Source: a virus
IMG/VR virus record: IMGVR_UViG_3300029115_000083
Length of the DNA stretch: 39,765 nucleotides
Strand: one strand, 5' to 3'
This document shows, piece after piece, positions 1 to 9,285 of the stretch. The first letter of the stretch is position 1, and every line of letters begins with the position of its first letter. The position numbers and the translations under genes were made by a program. The notes beneath the pieces were generated by a model. That model saw nothing but the letters and a program-made list of their open reading frames with translations, was not told where the DNA came from and searched no databases.

Positions 1-99
1 GGCTCACTCTCCCATTTCTTCTTTATTCTCCGCCATCAGTGAATGTACAGGTCCTCCATCCGTCTGTGGTGGTTGCAGTACCCTTTGTGATTTCTCCGG
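1..99. repeat. Terminal direct repeat, copy 1 (identical to 39667-39765)
   Basis: Base-by-base comparison of ggctcactctcccatttcttc...tttgtgatttctccgg at both ends gives 99/99 identity. Confidence 0.95.
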
Positions 100-526
100 C
101 CGCTTTAAAGCTGCCTTTGTAAATCAGGGCATCCGTGCCGTCACCTTCTGTGTCCGGAATTACACTCCATGTTCTCTTTCGTGCGGTACAAGTTGTTTCC
201 GATGTCTTCTGTTCAAACAGATCTACCACCACAATATCAACCTGCGCTTCTGTTCCGAGAATCTCATCGTCAGTAATTGCTGCAATCTTTTCATGTACCG
301 GATCATTGGTATACCGGTCAAATTCGTAATCGATTGCCGGCGCATAACCGACTACGTCACTTCTTTCAGACGCCTCATCCACATACTGCCGGCTGTACTC
401 TGTCGAGTTCTTTCCATCCGACAGCGATGTAAATCCCGTCATTCTGGTAAATGTTTTTCCTGATCCGTCAGCGTCCATAAAAGCCACTCTCTTATGTCTG
501 CCAACTAACATTTTTTCACTTGCCAT
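23..526 (-). CDS. Major tail protein (phi13/TP901-1-like)
   Basis: 167-aa ORF with SD aggag upstream of the ATG. It follows four connector ORFs and precedes the chaperones and TMP across the junction. The sequence (VGRHKRVAFMD...TFTRMTGFTSL...) looks like siphovirus major tail proteins. Confidence 0.8.
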   Translation of the reverse strand: MASEKMLVGRHKRVAFMDADGSGKTFTRMTGFTSLSDGKNSTEYSRQYVDEASERSDVVGYAPAIDYEFDRYTNDPVHEKIAAITDDEILGTEAQVDIVVVDLFEQKTSETTCTARKRTWSVIPDTEGDGTDALIYKGSFKAAGEITKGTATTTDGWRTCTFTDGGE

Positions 527-539
527 TTCTTCACACTCC

Positions 540-962
540 TTACTTATAAATCAATCTGCATATCATCTGATACCGTCCCAGATCGACCTCTGTACTAAAT
601 AAATAGCCGGACTGCATCACTTCCACCCTAATAGCATTGTGACCGTCCAGCTGAGGTACGATATCATTTAAGTTGTTCTGTTCTGTCCACTCTTCAAAGT
701 TCTGATAAAAACCACTGTTGGCAATACCGGTTCTTGCATCCCCATCGTAGGCTTCCTTACTTGTCAGAGCAAACTGGAACTGTTTCAGACAGCTCCCATC
801 CGTATATTTTTTATAGACAGGATCTACGCCGATTGGATCAATGGAATATTCCATTCCATCACCAAGATAATCAATATTGATCTTCCGGTTATCGATATCT
901 GGATAAGTCCTTACATACTCCCGGATACTATCAATAATCGGTTTCCGTTTACTGTCCGGCAA
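540..962 (-). CDS. Tail completion / head-tail joining protein (position of SPP1 gp17)
   Basis: 140-aa ORF immediately upstream of the major tail gene. It has a TTG start with aaggag upstream and overlaps the previous ORF end by 14 nt. Confidence 0.6.
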   Translation of the reverse strand: MPDSKRKPIIDSIREYVRTYPDIDNRKINIDYLGDGMEYSIDPIGVDPVYKKYTDGSCLKQFQFALTSKEAYDGDARTGIANSGFYQNFEEWTEQNNLNDIVPQLDGHNAIRVEVMQSGYLFSTEVDLGRYQMICRLIYK

Positions 963-1332
963 GTTTCTCAGCTCCTTCCCTTATGGCATCTTTATGACTC
1001 GCTTTCATTGTTTCAAACCATCTTGCCTTAGTTTTATGTTCGTAATACTGCCGGCGGGCATACGGGGCAAGATATTCAATGGATCCGGAACCGATCACTG
1101 TACCAAGTGTCCCAGACTTAATCAGCATCCCGGTTCTTCTCGGTGTCAATGGATTCATGTAGCGCAGACACTCGGAATCCACAAATGCCTGCGCCCTTGA
1201 AAATCCCTCCGCTTTTTTCTGTGCGAATCCCGGAGCCCATTCCAGCCGTGCCGTGGTAGAACCATTCTTACCAGTCATCGTAAATACGCTGCCTCTCGGA
1301 GTTGTGATCCGGAATTCTTTCTTTCCTGCCAT
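949..1332 (-). CDS. Head-tail connector / minor capsid-family protein (HK97 gp10-like position)
   Basis: The ORF track gives 949-1371. An internal ATG at 1332 is preceded by ggagg plus an 8-nt spacer and lies 1 nt after the upstream stop. The LAPYARRQYY motif is typical of this connector family. Confidence 0.65.
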   Translation of the reverse strand: MAGKKEFRITTPRGSVFTMTGKNGSTTARLEWAPGFAQKKAEGFSRAQAFVDSECLRYMNPLTPRRTGMLIKSGTLGTVIGSGSIEYLAPYARRQYYEHKTKARWFETMKASHKDAIREGAEKLAGQ

Positions 1333-1333
1333 C

Positions 1334-1735
1334 TTACTCGCCTCCGATCCGCCAGTGCGGAGTCGTACCAAACCGGTTGTCCGACCAGCTTGTCACCTTG
1401 CAGTGCTTCTGGAACACGGCTTTCAGATCTGCAGGTCTTTCAATCTCAATCTGACACTCTCCCAGGACAATCTGATCATCATTCTGTATGGTCCAGTATC
1501 CATAACCGCCACAGCAGGCGAACTGATCCGGCGGAAGATACTTCTCTGCTTCCGGAATATCCGCAGGAATCCGAATTTTGTAAACCTCCGCACTTTTCAG
1601 TCCGTTATCCGTAACTGCAGTCTTATGGTCCACATGGACGTGGACACCGTGAAGAACGGTTCTATGCCAGGTATCATAATTGGATGCATCTCCACTTATT
1701 CTGTTATAAACAGTCACATCTGCATTTGTGATCAC
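1334..1735 (-). CDS. Head closure / connector protein (NADVTVYNR family)
   Basis: The ORF track gives 1334-1795, which would overlap the upstream gene by 92 nt. A GTG at 1735 preceded by ggaaggtgg reduces the overlap. The start remains uncertain. Confidence 0.55.
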   Translation of the reverse strand: MITNADVTVYNRISGDASNYDTWHRTVLHGVHVHVDHKTAVTDNGLKSAEVYKIRIPADIPEAEKYLPPDQFACCGGYGYWTIQNDDQIVLGECQIEIERPADLKAVFQKHCKVTSWSDNRFGTTPHWRIGGE

Positions 1736-2117
1736 ATTGCATCGCCACCTTCCTTGACAGCCACCCGGTAGGGAGAAGATATGGATATGCTGCATCGTAT
1801 GCTTTCTTCTTCACTACCTCTTCCGCTGTTTTTCCGTCACTTTGTTCTGTGACGTAGGTTACACTGTACCCGTCATTGTTTTCCGACTTAACAGGCGAAG
1901 TACCGGCCTGTTGCTGTGCATTGTATTTGTAATATACCTCCGCTACAGCACAGACCGCATCATTCACCGCTTCATTTTCTTCTACGAAGATATCTCCTCT
2001 AGCGTATGTCAAATGCCGGATATAAGCCTCTGCCTGTTTCTTAGCTTTCTTGAAGTCCTGTTCCGGGATGATGTTACCGCCATATTCATCTGCGTAGTAT
2101 CCATACGTGATCTGCAT
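1704..2117 (-). CDS. Head-tail adaptor (gp6-like connector)
   Basis: 137-aa ORF directly after the capsid gene. MQITYGYYADEYGG...EAYIRHLT resembles gp6-like adaptor proteins. Confidence 0.65.
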   Translation of the reverse strand: MQITYGYYADEYGGNIIPEQDFKKAKKQAEAYIRHLTYARGDIFVEENEAVNDAVCAVAEVYYKYNAQQQAGTSPVKSENNDGYSVTYVTEQSDGKTAEEVVKKKAYDAAYPYLLPTGWLSRKVAMQCDHKCRCDCL

Positions 2118-2133
2118 GGATCATCACCTTCCC

Positions 2134-3132
2134 TTACTCACCTGTTTTCAGAACTGCACCTGCTTTCAGAACTGCAAACGGGCATCTCTTGTTTTTGTCC
2201 GTCTTAAGAGCGTTGATCGGATTCGGGATCTCCCATCCGAGACGCATTACTGCACGAAGAGCGACCATATCGTTCTGCATCAGGTTGTATGCGATAGTTC
2301 CGTCTGTGTTCTGTACAACACCCTCTGAGAAGAGTTTGAACGTGATGTCCTGACGGATAGAGTATACGAGTTGTGAGAAATCTCCGGAAATCATAAGCGC
2401 CTTTGACTTATCAAACGCTCCATTGTTCGGGAAGTTCATCGGAGATCCGTCAAGCGCATACTGTGTGGTTCCCTGCAGATCCTGTTTGAACAGCGGATCC
2501 CCGTTTGCGTTCTTCAGGCCTCTGAGTTTTGCTCTCATGGAAATGTCTGCCATGTGACCGTTTACAAAGTATCCGCAGTCTTCAATATGTGCGATCACCC
2601 CGTCCTCTGCCATGATCTTGTCATACAGACTGTCTGTCGCTCCTAATGTTACGACTGCTCCCGCTTTTGTCGCGGTTGTAACCACATCTTCTCTCCATGT
2701 GTTCGGTTTATTTTCACCGAACAGCACTGCACTGTCGATGACCTTCCCAAATGCTTCTGTAACTCTCGGTTTTACTTCTCCCCAGATGTCATACTCAGAA
2801 TCATCCAGAACTGCTTCCGGAATCGGAACAATGACTGCAATCTCTTCGGCAGTGATGAACTTCTTGTCCCATGCCTGCTTTGTAGTTTTCTTCTGTCCGG
2901 TATCACCGTTTACGAAATATGCAATCGGCAGCATATCCAGTACCGGCATTTTGTACTGTCTGCTTGTCATGTTTGCCAGTTTACGACCTCTTGACAGGAC
3001 GGCTGACTGTGCGATCGTTCCCTGAATGATCTCATTGGATTCCTGAGTCGGAATCAGAGTCTCCGCTCCAGTACGATCAATGATGTTTACATCTTCTTCA
3101 AACAATCTTAAATTCATTCTTTTATTCTGCAT
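2134..3132 (-). CDS. Major capsid protein, HK97 fold
   Basis: 332-aa ORF with ggagg SD, placed after the scaffold gene. The central and C-terminal sequence is typical of HK97-family capsids. The N-terminus MQNKRMNLRLFEED carries a Prp-type leader. Confidence 0.9.
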   Translation of the reverse strand: MQNKRMNLRLFEEDVNIIDRTGAETLIPTQESNEIIQGTIAQSAVLSRGRKLANMTSRQYKMPVLDMLPIAYFVNGDTGQKKTTKQAWDKKFITAEEIAVIVPIPEAVLDDSEYDIWGEVKPRVTEAFGKVIDSAVLFGENKPNTWREDVVTTATKAGAVVTLGATDSLYDKIMAEDGVIAHIEDCGYFVNGHMADISMRAKLRGLKNANGDPLFKQDLQGTTQYALDGSPMNFPNNGAFDKSKALMISGDFSQLVYSIRQDITFKLFSEGVVQNTDGTIAYNLMQNDMVALRAVMRLGWEIPNPINALKTDKNKRCPFAVLKAGAVLKTGE

Positions 3133-3146
3133 TTACTCTACCTCCA

Positions 3147-3746
3147 TTATCTTCGTGCGGCAGCTCTGATCCGGTCATTGATGGAAGCGTTCATGTTTCC
3201 ACCAGCACCATTGGAAGCATTACCTGCTGAAGAATCTGCAATCCGGTAAGAACCGCCACCGGCAAATCTCGGATTCTCCTTCAGGAACTTCTCTGCTGCC
3301 TTTTCAAATGTCGTTTTATCATCTACCATTTTGGAAACCTTGTAAGTCACATAGTCCAGATCATCCGCCTTGACACCTTTTCCGGATAAAAATTTCTCGT
3401 TCTTCATCTGCTGGACTTCATTTCTGGAATTTTCCAGATCCTGCTGCAGCTGTGTCACATTCGGCTGATTCTTTTTCTGCTGTTCCTTATAATCGGCAAT
3501 TGCCTGATTCACCTGCTGTTCTGTCATTCCCTGCTGCTGAAAATAAGAACGAAGTGCCGCTTTTTCGGCTCTGTCTGCTCTCGCATTGGCAATCTCTTCT
3601 GCCTGCGCAAAGCTGTATGAGCCCTGATTTCCTGATCCACCGGCATTTCCCTGGCTGCCGTTACCTGCTCCAGCGTTTCCACCCTGTCCACCAGAGCCAA
3701 CTCCGCCGCCGTCTTCAAAGAGCTGTAAAAACATTCTTTTTCTCAT
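3147..3746 (-). CDS. Scaffolding protein
   Basis: The ORF track starts at 3794, but the ATG at 3746 has ggagg plus a 5-nt spacer. The product starts MRKRMFLQLFEDGGG, followed by a Gly/Asn/Ser-rich tract and charged helical sequence. It lies between the Prp and capsid genes. Confidence 0.8.
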   Translation of the reverse strand: MRKRMFLQLFEDGGGVGSGGQGGNAGAGNGSQGNAGGSGNQGSYSFAQAEEIANARADRAEKAALRSYFQQQGMTEQQVNQAIADYKEQQKKNQPNVTQLQQDLENSRNEVQQMKNEKFLSGKGVKADDLDYVTYKVSKMVDDKTTFEKAAEKFLKENPRFAGGGSYRIADSSAGNASNGAGGNMNASINDRIRAAARR

Positions 3747-3834
3747 GCTTACCTCCAAATATGAGTGTTTTTCCAGAGCTTTTTCTGTCTTCATGTTTTG
3801 GACATAATAAAAAGCACCCTCACTGGATGCTCAT

Positions 3835-4122
3835 TTACTCAAATTGTATGCAATTGTATTCCTGGTCAATTACTGCAATCCCCAGGAACCATGAATCCAC
3901 CAGAAGTTTCCCACCATCTGACAGATCTTCCCATTCGATCACAGTCATCCCACTGGCTGTTTCTGCACGGATTCTGTCACCTGTCAGATCTTCCAGGGAA
4001 TTGATCAGGTTGCAGGTCAATGCTGATACCGCAGCACAGGCACGATCGATACCATCCGGACTCTTCTGGCAGGCATGACCGTTCATGCAGATGCTGTGAT
4101 CTGTTATTTTGATCGTTATCAT
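3835..4122 (-). CDS. prp: Prp-family cysteine protease (ribosomal-processing protease homologue, DUF464)
   Basis: 95 aa with the GHA...DRACAAVSALT His/Cys motif characteristic of Prp/YsxB. SD aggagg is present. Confidence 0.8.
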   Translation of the reverse strand: MITIKITDHSICMNGHACQKSPDGIDRACAAVSALTCNLINSLEDLTGDRIRAETASGMTVIEWEDLSDGGKLLVDSWFLGIAVIDQEYNCIQFE

Positions 4123-4181
4123 TTGAACCTCCTAAAAATGAGTACAAAAATACCACCGGTCATTTCGACTGGTGGCAAAAA

Positions 4182-4496
4182 CTATGGAATCAAATCCGTT
4201 ATTCCTTTTGCCGCTTTATACATCTTCTGCATAATACTGTTTTCGCTCAAATATTCAAGACCTTTTAAAGTAATCTGAATATCTTCCGCATCAACGTTTG
4301 TCTCTCCGGTTACATACTTCTGGATTGTTACCCCTTTGATGTAACCAGCATCTAAAAGCATCTCGATATATTTATTCCAACGCTCATTGGATATTTTCAA
4401 CGCCTTCGGACTAATGCTATCCAAGTTGCATTCTTCCAAGTCCATTGATTTTTCCAATGCTGAAAGTATCTTATAAATGATTTTAAAATTATCCAT
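4182..4496 (-). CDS. YjcQ-like winged-helix protein
   Basis: 104 aa. MDNFKIIYKILSALEK...LLDAGYIKGV...ITLKGLEYLSENS matches the YjcQ family pattern. SD aggagg is present. Confidence 0.7.
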   Translation of the reverse strand: MDNFKIIYKILSALEKSMDLEECNLDSISPKALKISNERWNKYIEMLLDAGYIKGVTIQKYVTGETNVDAEDIQITLKGLEYLSENSIMQKMYKAAKGITDLIP

Positions 4497-4506
4497 AACG
4501 TACCTC

Positions 4507-4758
4507 CTAGTTCGTTTGATAATATATATCGTCTCTTATAGACTCTAACATACACGTTTTCGGAGTAGCCTCATAATCCTTTCCTATCCAGTATACAGAC
4601 TCATCTTCGATGTAATCCATGAAAGCAATTTTTGTATCTACATCTATCTCAAATCTCCTGTTGTTTTCAGATGTTAATACTTTTTGCACTAACGGATTAT
4701 CCGCATATTCTTTTTTTAAAAAATCTATTTGCTCTTGACTCAGTTCAAATTTACGCAT
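4507..4758 (-). CDS. Hypothetical protein; candidate immunity partner of the MuF C-terminal module
   Basis: 83-aa ORF whose ATG overlaps the MuF stop by 8 nt (translational coupling). It is acidic and I recognise no domain. Confidence 0.6.
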   Translation of the reverse strand: MRKFELSQEQIDFLKKEYADNPLVQKVLTSENNRRFEIDVDTKIAFMDYIEDESVYWIGKDYEATPKTCMLESIRDDIYYQTN

Positions 4759-6475
4759 TGTGCAGTCTCCTTACCAAATCCTTATCCGTCGGATTACATT
4801 GAATCAACATCCCGTTTTCCGGATTTATCGAAACAGTTGCTTTCTCACCGATATATCTCTGGCTTATTCTTCCGTTCCTATCAGCTTTTGGATTTTTCAA
4901 ATCAAGTGGGCTTCTCAGTGCATTTATGATTTCCTCTATCGTTACCCCTGATCGAGATCTCTTCGTCTTCGGATCTTCCATCGTTCCGATTACACGTTCC
5001 AGAAAATGTTTACTCTGACCGGTAATTCTTACGCCATTTGATGTCTTAATGCCAACCACCGTCTTCTCAATTTCCTTATGAAGCTTAACATAATTCTCAA
5101 AACTTGACATCGGGGAAATCATTCCTTCTTTAACCGATTTCATGTAGGTCTGAAGTAGCTCCCACTTCTTACTGTCATTATATTTCACCTGACCGAACTT
5201 TACAAGTGATCCAACGGAATCTCCCAGAACTTCTTTGTACCGCTTGTACTGTGCGATATCTTTTGAAGCGTTTTGGATCATCTCCGGTGGAAATAGCTTA
5301 TTCTGCGTTTTACTATTGGTGGCAATTCTTCCTCGTCCATCAATATAAATCCGCTCTCTTTCCTCTTTCAATCCCATTTTCCGAGAAAATGCTGCATATT
5401 CGTTAAGCTGTCCCTGATATTTGGCTTTTTGGAGCATAACTTCCTGCCGATCAGCACCGCCATCCTGAAGCATCTGTACCTTTTCTCGCTGCGCTCTCAT
5501 TGCCGTTTCCATTTGGCGTTGTCTCTGCTTTGCCTCATACAGGGTGTACTCTTTGCCCTGGAACTCTTTTGGCTTGCTTTCCTTCCGGTTCTGTTCTTCG
5601 AGCCAGTCATCCGACCAGTTGCGTTCCGATATTCCCGGAAAGAACGGATAGTATGTGTGGTAGCAGTTAGCTCCCAGAAGTCCGGTCACGGTACCAAGTC
5701 CACAGACCGAATACAGCTGCTCCTTTGTCCAGACACGTCCTTGCCATACCGAATGCGTAGGTCGTGCTCCGGCATGCCATTCAACCTCGAAATACTCTGT
5801 TCCAAGCTTCTTGGCATTGTAGCCTGCTATTTCTCCGGTAAGATTCGCCACACCAGTCATCACAGCTCTTCTGGCAGCCACTTCTACCCGGCTTGCATAT
5901 CCGGATCCATACTCAATCTTCCGAAGCCCACTGTTTGTCAGCTGCGTAACCACCCGGCGTAATACACTGCCATAGTCAAATGCTCCAGTCACAACGTCAA
6001 AGCAGGCATTGTCCAGATAATTTGTATAAACCTGCGATAGTGGCGTCAGAATCTTTCTTCCATTGTAATCCAGATAAAATCCAAGGGACTGGGTTACATT
6101 TTCAAGGTCTGCCAAGCTCTGCTGGATGATCGCATCTGTGATCTGCTGCAATTGCTTATTCTCTTCATACGGGATAAACTCAGCATTGATCTGTTCGTAA
6201 ATGTCCTTGTTCCGAACATATTCCCAGTCAATTACCTTATCGTACAGCTCAAACATTTCCGGATAAGACGCATCCAGTGTTTTCTTGATCTCTCTTTCGA
6301 TATCCTCGGAAGAATATCCCAGAATCCGAAGTCTATTGATCTGCCAGTCTGCTGTACTGGTGATCTCGCCGGTCTTTTTGATCCGCCGGGCAATGTCCTG
6401 CAGAATCCGTTCTTCCAGGCTTATGTACAGCGCTGCAATCTTACTGGCAATCTTTTCTTTGTAATCATCCCGCAT
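4751..6475 (-). CDS. Minor head protein, MuF/SPP1 gp7 family, with extra C-terminal toxin-like module
   Basis: 574 aa directly after the portal gene. The MuF core includes YFEVEWHAGARPTHSVWQGRVW. A long charged linker is followed by a roughly 110-aa C-terminal module (GQSKHFLERVIG...SINPENGMLIQCNP). Confidence 0.85.
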   Translation of the reverse strand: MRDDYKEKIASKIAALYISLEERILQDIARRIKKTGEITSTADWQINRLRILGYSSEDIEREIKKTLDASYPEMFELYDKVIDWEYVRNKDIYEQINAEFIPYEENKQLQQITDAIIQQSLADLENVTQSLGFYLDYNGRKILTPLSQVYTNYLDNACFDVVTGAFDYGSVLRRVVTQLTNSGLRKIEYGSGYASRVEVAARRAVMTGVANLTGEIAGYNAKKLGTEYFEVEWHAGARPTHSVWQGRVWTKEQLYSVCGLGTVTGLLGANCYHTYYPFFPGISERNWSDDWLEEQNRKESKPKEFQGKEYTLYEAKQRQRQMETAMRAQREKVQMLQDGGADRQEVMLQKAKYQGQLNEYAAFSRKMGLKEERERIYIDGRGRIATNSKTQNKLFPPEMIQNASKDIAQYKRYKEVLGDSVGSLVKFGQVKYNDSKKWELLQTYMKSVKEGMISPMSSFENYVKLHKEIEKTVVGIKTSNGVRITGQSKHFLERVIGTMEDPKTKRSRSGVTIEEIINALRSPLDLKNPKADRNGRISQRYIGEKATVSINPENGMLIQCNPTDKDLVRRLHNA

Positions 6476-6476
6476 C

Positions 6477-7892
6477 CTACTCCATCACCTGATTCTGCTC
6501 TGGCAGATTCTTTTTTGCCTGTTCCACTGTTTCACCGTACCATTTTGCACGGTACTCTTCATGCCGCATCACGCCCATACTGACGTCCTGACGGTCCTGC
6601 TGACGCTCTGCGCCCTTATCCTCAATGATAGAATCATCGAAATCAATCACAATATCTGTGTTCTGGTCCAGTGTATTTCCTGTCACAATACCGAGCCGGA
6701 TAATGATTCTGACCAACCGTTTTAGGACATCTTCCAAGATTATCTCATGCTTCTTTAGCATACGGTACATATCTGAGTTCTCTGAAATGATCTCGGTTGC
6801 TGTCTTCGCTCCTGCTCCGTCAAACCGGTATCTTTCCGTACCGAATCCGCATTTCAGAGACAGATAATTCAGGTCATCATTGATTGCCTTACTGTGCTGT
6901 TCTACCCGGAGGCTCATGTCCACTTCCTTGATCAGACCGGTCTGGCTCTTATCGTAATCTTCCGGAAGTGAATAGAACACGCCATCATCCGGATCAAAGG
7001 TTGGGGATCCATCCTCATTCGTCAGCATTTCCGGAGCGACAAAGATTCTTTTTCTTCCCAGATCGAACTCCTTGCAGTAGGAATCAAACTCCGTGTCCAG
7101 TTTTTTTAAGGTATCTATGGCGTTTGCAAAAATCGCAATTCCCATTGGATTACATTCGCCCACATTGTTTGTGATATTCAGCCTGTCAATAACAAACTGC
7201 GGCTCTGTGGATCCTGTCTCTGTTCTGGCTACTAGATTTGCAAATGGTTTCAGCTGTTTCCATTCCTGTTCTGTCAGTTCACAACCTTCCACACTGCCTT
7301 TTGTGCATTCCAGGACGCTGTTTTCAATCACATACATCCCTTTTGATCCTATCTGGTGAAACTGAATCTGCACGTATTTCTTTTGACGAACTGTATGCAC
7401 GAACGTAAAAATGCACTCCGTAACCTCCCCATTATTCCAGCTGACCGGATAAATGTTCTTGGCATCCACATAGTTGATTCCAATCTCACCTGCAGATATC
7501 GTTCCATCTTCCTGCACAACCGCATTGTACAGATAAGGGATATATGCCACGGTCCCGGAATACGCTTTCCGTTCCTGGTAGTCATTTCCCATAACCAGGA
7601 AGTGATTGTTATCCAGAACCTTCTGCACAAATTCCTGTGTCGTTTCATCCTCCAGCGTGATCATAACTCTCTCATTGAAGAGCAGATCTGCAATATCCTC
7701 TGACAGTTTCTTTGCCATTCCCATGCTCTTCCTACGGCATCGTTTACTTGTACCTCGTCCGGTATTCACCTTGTAGAACGTAAACTGCCGGACATTGGAA
7801 TTGTACCAGCTGATCCACTCATCGATCTTCCGGTAGAACGAAGCATCTACCGTATCGATTCCTTTTTTCCTGAAATAATTAAAGATATTCAT
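6477..7892 (-). CDS. Portal protein (SPP1 gp6-like)
   Basis: 471-aa ORF between terL and MuF, with size and sequence typical of SPP1-type portals. Confidence 0.85.
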   Translation of the reverse strand: MNIFNYFRKKGIDTVDASFYRKIDEWISWYNSNVRQFTFYKVNTGRGTSKRCRRKSMGMAKKLSEDIADLLFNERVMITLEDETTQEFVQKVLDNNHFLVMGNDYQERKAYSGTVAYIPYLYNAVVQEDGTISAGEIGINYVDAKNIYPVSWNNGEVTECIFTFVHTVRQKKYVQIQFHQIGSKGMYVIENSVLECTKGSVEGCELTEQEWKQLKPFANLVARTETGSTEPQFVIDRLNITNNVGECNPMGIAIFANAIDTLKKLDTEFDSYCKEFDLGRKRIFVAPEMLTNEDGSPTFDPDDGVFYSLPEDYDKSQTGLIKEVDMSLRVEQHSKAINDDLNYLSLKCGFGTERYRFDGAGAKTATEIISENSDMYRMLKKHEIILEDVLKRLVRIIIRLGIVTGNTLDQNTDIVIDFDDSIIEDKGAERQQDRQDVSMGVMRHEEYRAKWYGETVEQAKKNLPEQNQVME

Positions 7893-9285
7893 CCTCTTCT
7901 CTCACCTCCCTGCTGCTGATATCGCATATGTCTATTTCTTCCGGCGTTTCATCTTTAGGTAGCCAATGTTTGATCTTGCTCCAGGCGCCCATAACCACAT
8001 AGCGTATGGCATCCATGCAGTGATCCGCTTCCTTCACCGGCACTTCTTTTCCTTTTTCAATGGATTTCTTATCATACTCGTAGGTTCCAAATTCCTGCAC
8101 CGCATACTCTTGCTTCGGAGAAATCGACATGATATCGAATACCAGTACTTTCTGTACCCGGCTGATTCCAAGCGCCACGTCATTTTCCGCATCCCGCAGA
8201 AACACCTGATAGTCCAGTCCGGTTCTGGTGGCTCTTCTAACCTCTTCTGCCAGACCTTTTGCAGATGGATCCAGAAAAATATAAAAGATCCGGTTCTCAT
8301 ACTGTTCATGCAGCTCATCCATGAACTCAACCAGATCTCTTGCATATTCAGACGGACTCTTCTGCCTTCCAGATTCCCGTCCACTGTGATAATATTCTCC
8401 AAGTCCCGGAAATTTCTTCCGGTAGGTGTCCAGGCCAAACGCTTCAAAAGTTGTCGCATTCTGCTGACCGTAGTCACCACCGATGTAAATCCGGTCATAT
8501 CTCCTGTCCGGATCCGGCTTTTGTCTGTGCCGATCTGAAAACATATAATAGATCAGCTCATCCACGCCAATCGCTTCGCCGAGCCATACCCACCGGTACA
8601 TCTTCGGATCTGCTTTCTTCATCATCTCCGCCGATGCAATCAGATCAGGACCTAACCAGTCCACCGGCACATCCCGGTAATCCGTATGAATATGGATGCA
8701 GTCCTCACGTTTTTCCATCTTCTTGCACCACAGGTTAATCGGGGCATTCGGGTTCTTTGGTGGGTTATACAGATAGATCATCTGGAATCCACCCTTATTT
8801 CCACGGACGAACGTTGCTTCAATGTTGGTCAGCTCATCTTCGCCTTCACCATCATCGAAGAACTCTGTCAGTTCATCCAGGACAACCAGCTTGATCGGTT
8901 TATCCTCGTCAATGATACCCTTTGTATCGTCAATACCGTCTGATCCGGCAAAGTACATTGTTGTCCCGTACTTCTTGTAAGTGATTTCCATCGGGGATTT
9001 CGTAATCCGGAACTTGTTTTTCGGTATCTGCAAACGGCTGATTCCCCGCAACATTTCCTTGTATACCGTCTTCCTGAGCTTGTTATGGTGCTTACGCAGC
9101 ACTACAACCGAACCATTGGCATCTGATACAAGCTGATAGTCTGACCGGATGGAAGCATAGCTTGATTTCGTTCCGGCTCTTCCGGATGTGAGAATGATAT
9201 GTTTGATACTCCGGTTATTAAATATCTGCAGATACTTCGGAATTATGATCTCCGATATCCGGACCTGTTTCTTCTGGTGCATCAT
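7879..9285 (-). CDS. terL: Terminase large subunit (PBSX/Terminase_3-like)
   Basis: 468 aa with the Walker A-like SGRAGTKSS, an acidic VVLDELTE motif and a C-terminal nuclease region. It sits downstream of terS. Confidence 0.9.
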   Translation of the reverse strand: MMHQKKQVRISEIIIPKYLQIFNNRSIKHIILTSGRAGTKSSYASIRSDYQLVSDANGSVVVLRKHHNKLRKTVYKEMLRGISRLQIPKNKFRITKSPMEITYKKYGTTMYFAGSDGIDDTKGIIDEDKPIKLVVLDELTEFFDDGEGEDELTNIEATFVRGNKGGFQMIYLYNPPKNPNAPINLWCKKMEKREDCIHIHTDYRDVPVDWLGPDLIASAEMMKKADPKMYRWVWLGEAIGVDELIYYMFSDRHRQKPDPDRRYDRIYIGGDYGQQNATTFEAFGLDTYRKKFPGLGEYYHSGRESGRQKSPSEYARDLVEFMDELHEQYENRIFYIFLDPSAKGLAEEVRRATRTGLDYQVFLRDAENDVALGISRVQKVLVFDIMSISPKQEYAVQEFGTYEYDKKSIEKGKEVPVKEADHCMDAIRYVVMGAWSKIKHWLPKDETPEEIDICDISSREVREEDEYL

